NCBI GenBank assembly: GCA_973851085.1
Contig: OZ316776.1
Coordinates: 14,756,001 to 14,820,000 of the forward strand
DNA length: 64,000 nucleotides
From: Ptychomitrium polyphyllum
Taxonomy: Eukaryota
Direction: 5' to 3'
Shown: one piece after another, positions 49,872 through 62,576 of the stretch
Position numbering within the stretch: position 1 is the first letter of the stretch
How the letters are laid out: the number at the start of each line of letters is the position of its first letter
Program-made: the position numbers and the translations under genes
Notes under the pieces: generated by a model
What the model saw: only the letters and a program-made list of their open reading frames with translations
Databases searched by the model: none
What the model was told of the DNA's origin: nothing

Positions 49872-50484
49872 AAAATTATCTAATTTGGCCTAAAACTTGA
49901 GTTGTTAGGAAAGCAAATATATTATTCATTGATTTTTGGTTGTATTTTATTAAAAAGATTAAAGCGATTATATTCCCAATTTGAATAATCTACCTTACAA
50001 TGACAAAAACTAAGACTTCAAAATAAAAGTTGATTCTTTTTACAAATCCAAGAAACTAGAAGATTGGATGTATCTATTCCATACATTTATACAACAAGGG
50101 CACCTCTACCTTCCAAAAATGCTAACTTTCATGAAATTTACTACTCAATTAGAGCTTAACATAATCAATAAACACACATACATACCCCTCTAAGGGAGAG
50201 CAAGCTTTCAGAGCGTACCCACAGGGTGCACGGAGGGTTCCAATATCGTTCCCATAACGTTCCCAAAGTGTTCCTATAAGTGTTCCCAGAGGGTTCCCAA
50301 AGGGAGACAATCATACAAGCAGTGGGAATTTGGGAACGTCCCTCGGTTAGGGTTACGGAGACGCCATGGATGCCGACTACGGAAGAGCATGGGAAGTGCA
50401 CGGGCCGTCGGCAACGCTCATGTGGGTGCATGAGTTTTGAGTCGGCCGACGTTTCTGGGAGGTGGGTTGGGTGCCATCGTGGCG

Positions 50485-53070
50485 ATGGAGATTGTGGAGG
50501 AGGTTGCGTGCGCCGAAACCATCCACAACATCGACAAGGGTGGCCAGGAGGATGTTGAGGATCGCGAGGGGGACATGTCGTGGGATTCCTCCTTCTCTTC
50601 TGGGTTCAAGGTGTCGTCCTCTGAAATCGACGTCAACGCTTCTGATGACCTCCTGTGGACCGAAATCGACTTGGCCGAGAGGTAAATGGAAGTTTGTGGA
50701 TGTTAGGTGTTTAGTAGAGTCAGGTTTGTTATGAGATTCTTCTCTTGTTTTGTTTGGTTTTTATGTTGACGAGGTGTCAGGAGAGTCTTTGAAAGACTTT
50801 TTAAGTTAGCGGACTTGTCTTTCTTAATCGCAGATTTTTTGAGGATTTTGTGTGATTTTTGAGGATTTTGATGGTTTTTGAGGATTTTGATGGTTTTTGA
50901 GTTGTGATGGTTTGTATGGTTTGTTTAGAGATTCGACATGCGAGGATCAGTTCACTGCCTTGCTCATTTTGTAAGGTGCAATTGTGTGACCCAAATTGGA
51001 AGAGTTTCATCTTGGGGAGACTTGATAGCAGTTAGCTACTCTAGGGTTTTCTTTCCTGGAGTCAATTTTGGTCGCGTGAAGTAAGCAAGGTTGGCCTTAT
51101 GTGGAGACAGTTACCTAGTAAGCGCGATGAATGAGGATGCAGCCTCAACAGCCACAACTGTGCTGCAAACATTGTCTAGTCTGATGCACTCAAGCACCAG
51201 TGGAGGCTTCTGTTCCGTAAGCTGCAGCAGTGATAGAGACAATAAAGAAGAGGAAGTTGAAGGAGCGGGTGAAGTTGGGAAATCAGATCATGAAGACATG
51301 TTGGAATGTGCGGGCATGGTGTTGCTTCAAAGTTATCGTGCAATAGGCAGGTGAGCGTTAGGATGAAATTGTAACTGAATGTATTTCTTTGTATATTGTT
51401 CTATGTATAGCTTGTATTTCTTTGATAGTTTTGGTTGGAGTCCTTTTTTGGATCCTGCCGTGGCGTCATATGTTCATTTCTTTACTTCTTCATTTCTCAA
51501 TGAGTCATAGGGCTTCCAAGAGATCGTATATCCTGTGTGCTGAACTTCCTGGAAATTCTGATGATGCTTTTGCTCATTTAATGGTTGCAGAATAGGGGAG
51601 TTCTTTGAAATCCTTAGGAAGCTCGATCTAGGGGTTTCGGAATGGCCACTAATTCTACTTGAAACTGGGTATGCCTCTACATGAGTGCTTTGCATTTATA
51701 CTCATCTTCATATGCGGTCCATTTTCCTTTCTATCGTCATTCTGATGCAGCTACTTCAGTTGTCGTGGAATTGCATTTAGGCTGTTTGGTTTTCCTAACT
51801 GGTAAACGAATACAACAATAACATCTTGTGACATTTATATTTATTTAGATTTAATAGTTGTGTGATTATGTGCACTATGACAAGGCTATATCTGGGGAAT
51901 GCCATGAAAAGACGACCAAATGGCGAGACTTATTCGTGAATTTTTTCTTGGTTCATATTTCTAGGGCCTGTTTGCAAATATCAGATGGTGCGTGTCCAGC
52001 AGCACGGGCTGCGCTTGAAGAGTTTCTAACCGTTCGGAGTACATGTTTATTGGACGAGAGGTATGCAGAAGTTGTTGAGCTCTATGTTATTAAGGTGCTT
52101 GTAAAAGGATTTCAGGAAACTGAGTCTGCTATGGACTGGGTGGAACATGCAAATTTAACAGGAGAGAGACGACTGGTAAGTCTTTCTGTTTCATTTTGCG
52201 GTAAACTTTCTTTTGCCTTTTTTCTGCTAGTGCTCTGCTCTGTTTTGCGAGGCAGGATGTTGAAGTACATGTAATATGAGCTCCGCATCGAGTCTACTTC
52301 TACACACAGCATTTCACAATTTTAATCTTGCATGTTTGGTGCGAAGGTCATCTTGGAAAAAATCCGTTATCAGATGGAGCAAGCCAAAACTACTGAGCCA
52401 GTCTCCCAGCCAGATACTGAGCCCACCACAACTGCAAATGGTGACATTCCAAGCCCTAACCAAGCATTTTTTGACGTAAAAGATTCAGAGAAGGATAAGG
52501 AAACAAAGGAAAAGAATCATGTTGAATGGGAAGCACAAACTTGTCCAGGCGCTGATGATTCATCAGTAACGTGCAAGTCTTTGGCTTTGCTGAAGAGGTT
52601 TAAGATCTCTGAAGGATTTTTTTCACTGAAGACACTGCTTGAACTAGCCCTGGCACGACTGGGTGCCACTACTTCGGCATGGCAAACATTTTCTGTAGCT
52701 AATCTGGAAGCAAGGGCATTGCGTTTTGGAGCTCTCGTAGCACTCTTTCTGTTTATTTTCCTTAGACATCGGCACACCTGGAGAAGGTATGATAATTGTT
52801 TTCACTTGCGTTTGTATTGCTTGTTGATGCTAGATTTCGGTAAACGTACTTGTTGTGTTGTGGGTTTTATTGGTTCTTGATTTCATTGCACTGTGAGAAG
52901 TCTTCGTTCTGCCAACTACTTTGCCAAGCTAATTCTTCTCTCTTTCTGGCAGGCTCTTAGGAAAACCATTCAGTGCCTTGAGAGTAGGATTTAGTGATCT
53001 GTGGCAGTTGGCGTTTAGTGTACAAATCAACCCCTTGGCCGCTGTGAATCCCATCTCCGCAGCATATTGA
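50485..53070 (+). CDS. APEM9: APEM9/DAYU-like peroxin (PEX26/Pex15 functional analogue), 6 exons (50485-50681, 51111-51350, 51591-51668, 51965-52175, 52347-52786, 52953-53070)
   Basis: WTEIDLAE-SYLV, DMLECAGMVLLQS, CLQISDG, EVVELY, WVEHANL, C-terminal TM helix and WQLAFSVQINPLAA match my recollection of Arabidopsis APEM9. Confidence 0.88.
50836..50900. repeat. ~19-bp tandem repeat (tttttgaggattttgatgg) x3 in APEM9 intron 1
   Basis: Direct reading. Confidence 0.8.
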
Positions 53071-54299
53071 CACAATGTCGAGATGCAGATTCTATGCAGT
53101 CCTCGCTTAACTAATGAGATAGCTAGTTTTAAATTGGAGTGGATTCTTAGTTTAGCGATTAAAGACATGCGTCAACATTTTGCTAGGACTTCTAGACTAT
53201 CTGCAGCAAACCACCTTTGGTTATATTCACTGACCTCGGTTTTGAAAAATGTATGGAGCAGAAAGCCGCTCCAAGATGCCTAGATGCATCATGTTAGAGA
53301 TGTTGCTCGTAAATGACTTATTGTAGTTCAATTATGCCCTTCAACCATGTATTCAAAGCTAATGCTCCACACAAAATTTGTGGAGCATAAACAGATGGTT
53401 GGTAATTTAAGTGTTAAGAGTCGTAATTTTGATCCGACTGTTTAATTACGAGTTGTGTTTTTGTTTCATTTTGAACGGTTCGAGTGATGCCTATTTATGA
53501 ACCTATTGTTAAAAATGGAAGTTGAAGTATACAAGACGGCCATAGATGCCCTCGTCCCCCTCTTTCCTCCCCTCTCCCACCCCTTCCAGCTCCCCGCATC
53601 CCATGTTGTGCAGCTCGCAGCTCTGCCCCACCTCCACCTAGGCCGCCCTGCTCTGGTGTCGTTAAGGCTATAGGGTCTCTTGTGGGAGGCCGCACGGCCA
53701 TGGAGACACTTCTCCATCAAAATCCACAAGACTCGTACCACTCCTCTACCTTAACATTCTTGAGAGCACAGCAGCTTCATAAGATCAAGCTTCATAAGTC
53801 CGTCTTTTGTGACTAACTAAATTTTGATCAAAATATCACCTCATACGAACCTTAAGTGTTTTCTTGTGCGCTACCAGTACATAGCAGTAGCATGAAAACT
53901 GATTACTAACATCTGAGATCCCTGAAAGATGTTTCACATATTTGAGGGCAAAAAATGATCGTACAGCGTCTCATGTTTCCACCACAACATCTTAATTACC
54001 ACTTTTTCCAGAGACTTCTTTAAACACTGCTTCAATTCATTTACCATCTACAGATGTATTAAGAATCACAAGGTCTGTTGTCATCAACACTGCAATGGTC
54101 GTAGTTCTCCTTACGGGCATTTTCTGAAAGTACAAGAGGAGCCTTATACCTACAATAGGGGACTTCTCAACCACAGGAAGTGAGAGAAGCAGAGTAGGAA
54201 CTGTGACATCCTGTAATCAAAGCATTTCCAACTTCGATAAAACAACGCTTTTTCCTTTAATCTTTGTTACTTTTACTTTTTTATTATTTTGTAATAATA

Positions 54300-57250
54300 A
54301 ATTTTGGAAAACTTAGATGCAACCACTGGAGCGAAGCCAGTTGTCCACGCCATTCCAACATATGTACGCTCCACTTCTTAGCAAAACATTTCCGGTTCTA
54401 TGAACAGCACAAGTTCTCCTGTAAGCACAGGATCACTAGCATGTATGAGCTTCTATAAGGCATTCCACATCCCAACGCAGGGACTTTCAGATGATCCAAA
54501 GTGAATCTTAACTAAGGCTGATATCGCAGGCAAACATCACTCTGGACCTGGCACCATATAATTCCAAGCCTTGGTAGATAAGTTTAGGTATTACAAATGT
54601 AAAACTTTTGAGACATAAAGCCGTCAGTTTTAAGCGGTCTCACCAGGCGGTGATGTTACGAGAAGCAAGTTCTTCTACTTCGTGAAGTCATGCTCTAAGG
54701 TTTGACAAGTGGAGAATCGTCATTTGTAACAACCCGAGTGAAATTGAGCTGACCTACAAATTCTTGTACATTGCTGCTCAGGCCCTGCGATGTAAATACC
54801 GGTTTCAAAATAGCTCCAACCAAATATGATGCAAGGAGGAGACGTGCAACCACCATGGCAAGTCTAGAAATTACCCTTGAGAAAGAATCTTGATACGAAA
54901 CCTCGCCATCTCTTGCCTTTTAATGGTAGCTGCACCACAGAAGTTACTCGAAGGTCCATCATAGATGAAAAACTAAGATGCTAGCGGCAATAATTATCCC
55001 CTGCTAGCTTCATGAATAAAAGCTCAATGCTGACCTTTAATCCAGAGACTTGAAAATATAAAGGTGAGGTTGGACATCCTCGACTGGCGAAACGAGGGCA
55101 TCAGGGTTAGTCAAGTGGCTGCCAGAGATCAACAAAAGAATGTGAGCAACGAGGTCCTATGAACGCTCTATGAACATCAATACCAATGGAGTAACAAGTG
55201 GAAGACCAATCTTTAATAAGAGTAGTCATAATTGATTGAGATGTAAAAATTCAAATCACCCAAACACAGCAGTACTCAATTACGCTAATAGGCCTTAGTA
55301 GCTATTAAAGAAAGATATCTCAACACCTCTTAGCCTAGGGTGTATTGACATATGATTGACGCAGGGTAAGAGATTAAACCACTTACAAGCTTGTGCGTGA
55401 CAGTTCGGTCCTGCTGGATCTCCAAAAGTGGTCCAGCAATACTCTCATCTGAAATCTATTTGTTGAATAATAAAGAATAGTCGTGTGAATTGCAAATCAT
55501 TTTACTTCACAGCAACACTTTTATATAATATTTACAAAATTACGAGGTTACGTATGCCATGAGTATCTAAGAGCAGGAAGTATCGACATAACGAAACATA
55601 GAAACAGAGGACCAAAACAGAGTTGAAGTGGGAATTGGGAAAATACTAACCAGAAGTATCTTGGAGCGCTGAGAATAAGGAGCCGGATCATAGTGCGAAC
55701 AAACCTCGTAACTGCCACGTACACTACAGCGTAACGACGCTCCTGGAGAGCGAACAAATTGCTCATGCACACTTTAATGCCCACCATTTTATTGCTACCT
55801 GCTGTCTAAACCGTTCTAGTTCGCATCAAGATGAGTTCCTGTCAATTGGATGCAAGTCCACCGGATGGTTTGGGTTATAACGTAACAACCTACGTATTAA
55901 GAAGAATCGACTGCTGACCTCGGGAAGAATTGTCACCAACATCTCCCATGCTTCCCGACAGCCCTAAGTGTGTTAAGTATTACTCGAACGGTGCAAACCA
56001 GTAATTCTGAAAGTCCCACGTAATGGACTGAAAAATCCGATGGGTCATGCACTGATGGTAGACAATTGGATGTGCGTGGGCGCACATTGGAAGAAGATTG
56101 AAGCCGCAATAAGATCTGTAGCACGAAAACCCCTGACTCTAAAGAAAGGCCTCTTCGCTAGGTGCTGGGGAAAACAGAGTACTTAAGTTGAGCAACGAAG
56201 CAGACCTTCAAAATTGTACACAGCAATCAACAGTCGAGTAGCTCGAAGAAAGAGCCTCAAGAAATTATCTTCCAGAATCAGTCGTCAGGCAGCTACACAG
56301 TGTGAAGGGACGGACACGAATCTGCTCAAGAAATGAACGACACCTCAACGAAGCTCGCGTTTGGTGGGTCCAGAGGGAAATTCCTACGAATGGAAAGGAA
56401 TCGAAGACCTATACCTCAATCAATCTTTGGAAAAACGAAACTACCCATGAGATAGAACGTCAAAGTCCGCACATTCTTGAAGTCTTGCCATTGACCAACG
56501 ACACTAAACCCAAAAACCATGTTCGTGCCACTCAATCCGGCGCTAGAACGAATACTAACTCACTCCCAGTTCAGATAAAACTATTCCCCAATACGGTAGC
56601 AAAACATCCACACACAAGCAAGCGCCAACGCAATCCAAACAAGCCGTCGCTCACAGAATTCCACATCACAATCCGTCACCAAAGTGTGCCAAAACGGTGC
56701 CTCCAGACACTAAAGCACCCTACTGGGCACACTGCACTATTAAAAAACTTAAAAAGCACGTCAAACTCCAGTAAACCCAACACAAGTGTACACCAGCGAA
56801 ACGGGATAAACAGAACAAGCTGCAACAGGTCACAAACAGATCAACAGTGACCTCGCTGTCACCTCCAGCATCCTCTGCCAACAAAAGCTTTCGCCTTTTG
56901 CTCCCTGCAGCTGACTCACAACAACGAAGCATCTACAGTGCTTCACTCGCGGCTGAAAATCAGCTTCCGCAGTCACGACGGGGTCAAAACTCAACGTGAC
57001 AACACCAAAAAGCGACCGTTACCTCACCACCGGAGCTTATCCCAATCCCCGAACCGAACCACAATCTCGACCACTGCCGCCACCCGCACCGCTCTCGGCT
57101 CCGGCGCCACTGCCCACGCCCAGGTGCCCATATTGTGCTCTGACATGACCAGTAACGAGCTTTCTGCACGCACGCTTGCTAGATTTCGCTGCACACGGTC
57201 ATCGATCGGCGTCGACCGGAGAATTATATCCGAGACCGTCACGGGACCTT
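54300..57250 (-). ncRNA. Putative multi-exon transcript with no long ORF (lncRNA or heavily decayed gene); ends approximate
   Basis: GC-rich first exon and a chain of canonical YAG/GT-flanked blocks (56932-56852, 55742-55705, 55566-55552, 55448-55387, 55118-55035, 54929-54875, 54753-54644) separated by T-rich introns. Confidence 0.45.
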
Positions 57251-57521
57251 AAAACCGCCATTATCTAGGAGAATCCTGCATGTACGTTCCAGAAATCTAT
57301 GAAATAAAAATTATTCCCGGTCTTGAGAATGCATGGGCAGGGAACGATGTTTGCATGCGTCTCCAGTCACGTCAAAGCCATGATTTTTCTGTACTTGCAC
57401 AATCTCTGCCTTGTGAGAAAAGTCGTGGTTTTGTGGAAGAGTGCACAGGTTTCAGGCGCGACTTCTGGATGTAGCGGAGAGAGAAAGAAACTCCGGCCCA
57501 AGTCTGTTCATGTAACACCCT

Positions 57522-57576
57522 TTCACTTTAAAGTTTTGCATTCACTTTAAAGTTTTGCATTCACTTTAAAGTTTTG
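57522..57576. repeat. 19-bp tandem repeat (ttcactttaaagttttgca) x~3
   Basis: Direct reading. Confidence 0.9.
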
Positions 57577-60219
57577 AAAATAAAAGAAATGTAATGAAAG
57601 ATTGTGAATTCATATTTCAATCTTGGAATTCTTCAAAAGGATTTGATTTCTAAGGTCTACCAAAACTATAGTTTTTAAATTTTTTGTAAAGCCTTTTACT
57701 TATTGCAATAATGCACTACTCTTATAAAATTTGTTCTTAAAATTTAAAAATACACTCACAATAATTTATACAACATTTTGGTCTAAGATATTATTTGAAT
57801 ACCTTTTGATGCTCAAAAATATAATTTAAGTCATTAGTATGAATTTTCAAATTAAATAGTTATAAAAGTAGTACACAATAGAATGCAATTACCTACATCA
57901 AGGTTGAAGTAGTGGATAATGTTTCATTTGTTTTAAGTATTTTTACACAAGTAAGAAGTTGATTTATACATAGATCTTGAAGGATAAAAAATAATCATAT
58001 TAAATAAATCTAAAGGTTTGAAAATTATATACGTAAAAGACATGATTTTTGCACTCTATATGACTTCCAAATAAATTTTTTTAATTAAATTTAAAATTTC
58101 ATCTCTAATTGTAATAAGCAAAACTTGTATTCATCACAAATATTCAATCATTTCTTAATTATTCAAATATTCATGTTGAAGTGATGCATTATGGAATTTG
58201 GAAGAATGTGTGATGGAAAATTTTTGTTGGTGAGAAAAATATGTCCTTAACTATTATAGATGTTCACACATCAAACAACAATTCTATTGATTGCTAATAA
58301 ATCATTATAATGTATTATATACTAACAACCTATGTATTTAACATAGTGTAAGTATTAAATAAATTGCAATGCTAAATAAAGTCTTCAAAAATGAGAATCT
58401 CATAATTCAAAACTTCCAGTTTACTTAATTTAATCCAATTTGACATAAGTACTTCTACTCAAATAGCTTTCATGTTTTATAATTCTATATAGATAATTTT
58501 AGCAGGTCTACTAAAATTTATTCATTTAAATATAAAACATTTGCATTCTCATCGCCCACTCTCGTTTAAGGTGCTCTGCGTCATTTTGTCACTGCCTACA
58601 ACATGCTTAAATGAAAACTCACTTCCATCAACACTGGCTTGTCCATTGTTCTTGCCCATGAACTTTGTTTCAAAGCACCACCACAAGTATTTCTAATTCA
58701 TCATTATGCACAAGCAAAGCAGCCTGGCTGACTGGTGGTAATTGTACAATAGCCTTTCAAGAATCTGGTGCAAGAAATCCGTACGCCATAAACAACAAAA
58801 CAAGGCCAAAGAACTTTGAAAGTGTACTTTTGTTAACTTCCAAATCTCGTTGAGGAGCAGACTGACAATCTCTTTCCAGACTGCATCCATCAAAACTTAG
58901 AAAAAGGTTGAGATCAAGACTTAAAATTTTGGGATCTTGGATTTTGTGGAGATGGCTTTTACAGCAAGGATGTGATTGGAAGTACGGTTGCATCTGAGGA
59001 ATAATGAATGCTTGTTTAGTGAAAGTCAAGTTGGTCATACAAATTTGTCTAGTATTGAAGCAGAATACAGCATATTTGAAAGAAAAAGGCCCATCAAAAT
59101 GCTAAGGTTCCAATCCTAAGGCTCTATACCATTCAATTGTGATGCAATGCTGAAGTGCTGAGGGTTTGCATTGATGGTTTGCGTTGATGGTTAAGGTGTA
59201 CTGTGAGTGGAGCATTGCTTGATATTTTAACTGCAAATATAGAAAAGGCTATAGGAAGTTACAAATTAGCTTGCAGGGAAACCCTTTCTACTTGAGAAAG
59301 GGCTACAACTTCCTCAAAGAAAGAAAAACCTCTAAGAAGGCTGGACTCTGGTCTTTTTTTGCTGAACTGTGTGTTGATCACCTTCCTTACTTTGAAGCAA
59401 CTGAAATTTCCTTGAATGTATGATCACCTTCTTCTATTTTCGTTGAGAAACTCTAAGGATATATTAAGTCATGAGCTGAGTTGGCCATAGGAAGCAGATG
59501 TTAAGTGGCATTTTAAGCTAGTGCTCCAATATTTGAAGAAGTTTTGACAGCATATCATTCACAGACATTGGCAAATGAAAATAAAGTTTTGTTAAATAAA
59601 ATGACCACCAAAATTGAAAAGAATCCATGTAAAATTCCATGATAATATCGACGTATCATGAGGAAATAGCAACATCTACCTCCTGATCAATTGTTTCTAA
59701 GAATATGCTTCTGTGTGAACATTAGTGAGTACAAAGTAGAATATGAAATAAATTATTCCACCAATTCCACTAGTCTCTACAAAGAACTTAAATTGAAGAT
59801 AAACCTTGAGTTGAAGAACAACTGTGTATTCTTCTTGCCATGAGATAATATGAATGATACCAAGTAGTCTTCTTGTCATTAGTCCTACCTGAGCCAATCT
59901 TAGAAAGAGACTAATTCTTAGTAGTGCCACTTGATTAATTAAAAATTTATAACATTCAATTTTTCATTTTTAATATGAATGAATAACTAAATATATTTTT
60001 TAGCTTAATTAATTACAATCTCTTTATTCTTACTAAAAAAATTCATTTCATGTTCAAAACTATATCCTTAAGCCAAATATTAATATGGATGGTATTATTA
60101 GTCAAAAATAGTATACCAACAAGATGGTACAACTGGAAAGTGTTCAATGTTTGGTAAAGCCATCATTAAATTTGGAAACAATAATTGTGACCTCAAAATA
60201 ATATCAACCAACAACTTAT

Positions 60220-60359
60220 CATTTTAATGTCATTTTAATTTTAAAATGACAAAAGTTAATATGATGCTAAAATGACATCAAAATATCTTGAGCTAAAACA
60301 CTGTGAAAATGACATCAAAGGGACATTGATTAAGTGAGTGTAAAAATGACATTAAAATG
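60220..60359. repeat. 17-bp inverted repeat enclosing several AAAATGACA motifs
   Basis: cattttaatgtcatttt (60220-60236) is the reverse complement of aaaatgacattaaaatg (60343-60359). Confidence 0.6.
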
Positions 60360-62576
60360 TCATTAATAGAGATAATTTAAGTTTTGCCAATTCTTTTCTA
60401 TTCTATATGTACTTATGACATTAGTAGAAAATTGATTTTTTTGAAATCCTATTTTGATTTGTAAAGTAATATTTTGGCAAATATTCAAGAAAATACCAAA
60501 ATCCTTTATGTATCACCTAACAACATGAAGAGGTGGATTTTAATTGAATGTGATTTAGCTTTAGCTATCTTCTTGTGCATAATAAGAAGCAGTAAGGAGC
60601 CTATAATATATTAAAATTTTAACTATAATACCATTAAATTAAATCAAATATGATGCATTTTTAACCCTACTTATAGCAACATTAATAATATCATATAGCC
60701 ATTTAAAAGGTAGTATCAAATTACAAAAAGAGAAAAAGAAGAATATTGCTATCTGAATTCAATTTGTCATAAAAAAAGATTAAAAAAGGGATTTAATAAT
60801 ATAATCACTTTGGTTATTAAATCAAGGTTGAGGTATTTAATCTTAGAAACTTTTGAAATTAGCATATTATATAGAAAAATTAAAACAAAATAAAAGATAA
60901 AAATACGTAACATTTCAAATTCCAAAATTTAACATGAAATACAAAATTGGAGGCTAACATTTATTTTTCCATGGACAAGGTTTATTTTCCAATAAACTAA
61001 GAGGTGGCCCCTTTGTCATCTATTGCATATTCTTCTAGTTTTGCCACCATATTAACCAACCTCCAAATCACCTTTAGTACATAAAATCCACCAATTACAA
61101 CTACAATTGTAGCATTGCTATATATTTCTACAAAAGAAAAAATAAGAAAATTTGAAACTAATAACATTGAAATAAGATTCTAACCTAATTCTTAATGAAG
61201 ATTTTAAACTTTGCAAAATGATGCATTTTTTCTCCATGGAATCCGATCTTCTCCTTTGTTTATCTTTCACCGCATTTGGAAACAAAGCAAATTGATAAGA
61301 AGACGACAAAGGAGTCAATTTGTTTCTAGATGTTTTTTGTTCCATCCACGTAGGATCACACTAAGAAACCCTAGATGCACGCATGACATCTCGCTCATTG
61401 ATTCGTGATGCACAGTGGGAGTGTCCAATACTTCATCACGTCGTCGATTCCATATTTTTTTCTTAATTTTGAAAAACAGATGCAAAACACCTAAATTTGG
61501 AACTTCATGTTAGCAGTGTTCGACGTCTACAGTATTCCTGCAGAATAGTACATATTGGAAAGGGTCGATGACAGTAGACCCGTTGATATGATAATGTGCT
61601 GGGCAGCTGTGCTCACCAACCGGGTCAAAGGGAAACTCCCACGGAATCGCAGCGCTGGTGGGATCCTCCGCCATCCGCGAGGATAATGCTCAATTAAATG
61701 ATTATTGTCTCATTTTCTGGATTTCTCGGATATTGAGATCTGGCATTAAACCCTGGTAATTTACTGACTCGGACCCAGGGCTTATATGGGAGTTCGTCGA
61801 GGCGGTTGGAGCTGATGAAGCAGCAGATCGGTGCGAGGTGGGAGGTGGGAGTGAGGGAGGGAGAGCAGGTGTCCGATTGCTCTAGTCGTTGAAGTCTTTT
61901 TTCTCCTCTTTCAGTTTTTTGAAACGAGTGAGTAACCCACTTCATTAGTGTACAAGAAAGCAGTACAAGTGAACAATACAAGTCCTTGGTTTTGTTCCTG
62001 TGGCTACTGATAATGGCTTCTCAAAGTTGGGGAGGAAGGTGAGTATGGCGCAGGCGAATGACTGCAGTGGGAGGGTTGAAACCCGATTAGCTGCCTCTGT
62101 ATTGAGAGATGGAAGTTCTCTTTGTAAGAAGATCCAGGACGATTGAGGATCGGGCTAGGCTCCACTGCTAACGAGCAGGGACTCATCTGGTGCAAGTTCT
62201 TTAGAAATTTTGCAGTTGGGTTCGAATTGGTGGGGTTTTTTGCTATTGGTTTTGAGTGGGTCATGATGAGCTCTGCCCTTTTGAAGCAGTAGACTGTCCA
62301 GTTGGAGGCGCATGAAACTTGCGAAGTGGGAGGTTCTCCCTGCTCCAAGCGCAGTCACAGAGATTGTCAGCTCTGCATGTGGCTAGGTGGTGTTACTCTC
62401 CGTGATTATGCTAAAACGTATCTCACTGCGATGAGCAGAGGATGAGGGCACCAGCTTCGTGAGCTATAGAGGCGATTCCCTTCGCGCTTGAAGGCTTGTC
62501 CTGCTAATTTTCAGCTCTATTTCCTCCGAGGTCTGTAATTGTATAAACCAGTGGACAGACCTCGGAGCCGTTTGCC

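Noticed and set aside
54480..56018. 12-nt complementarity GGGACTTTCAGA / TCTGAAAGTCCC about 1.5 kb apart
   Set aside because: A match this short is plausible by chance in a 3-kb region.
56302..56850. 182-aa plus-strand ORF
   Set aside because: Non-ATG start and A/C-rich composition consistent with the antisense of a T/G-rich intron.
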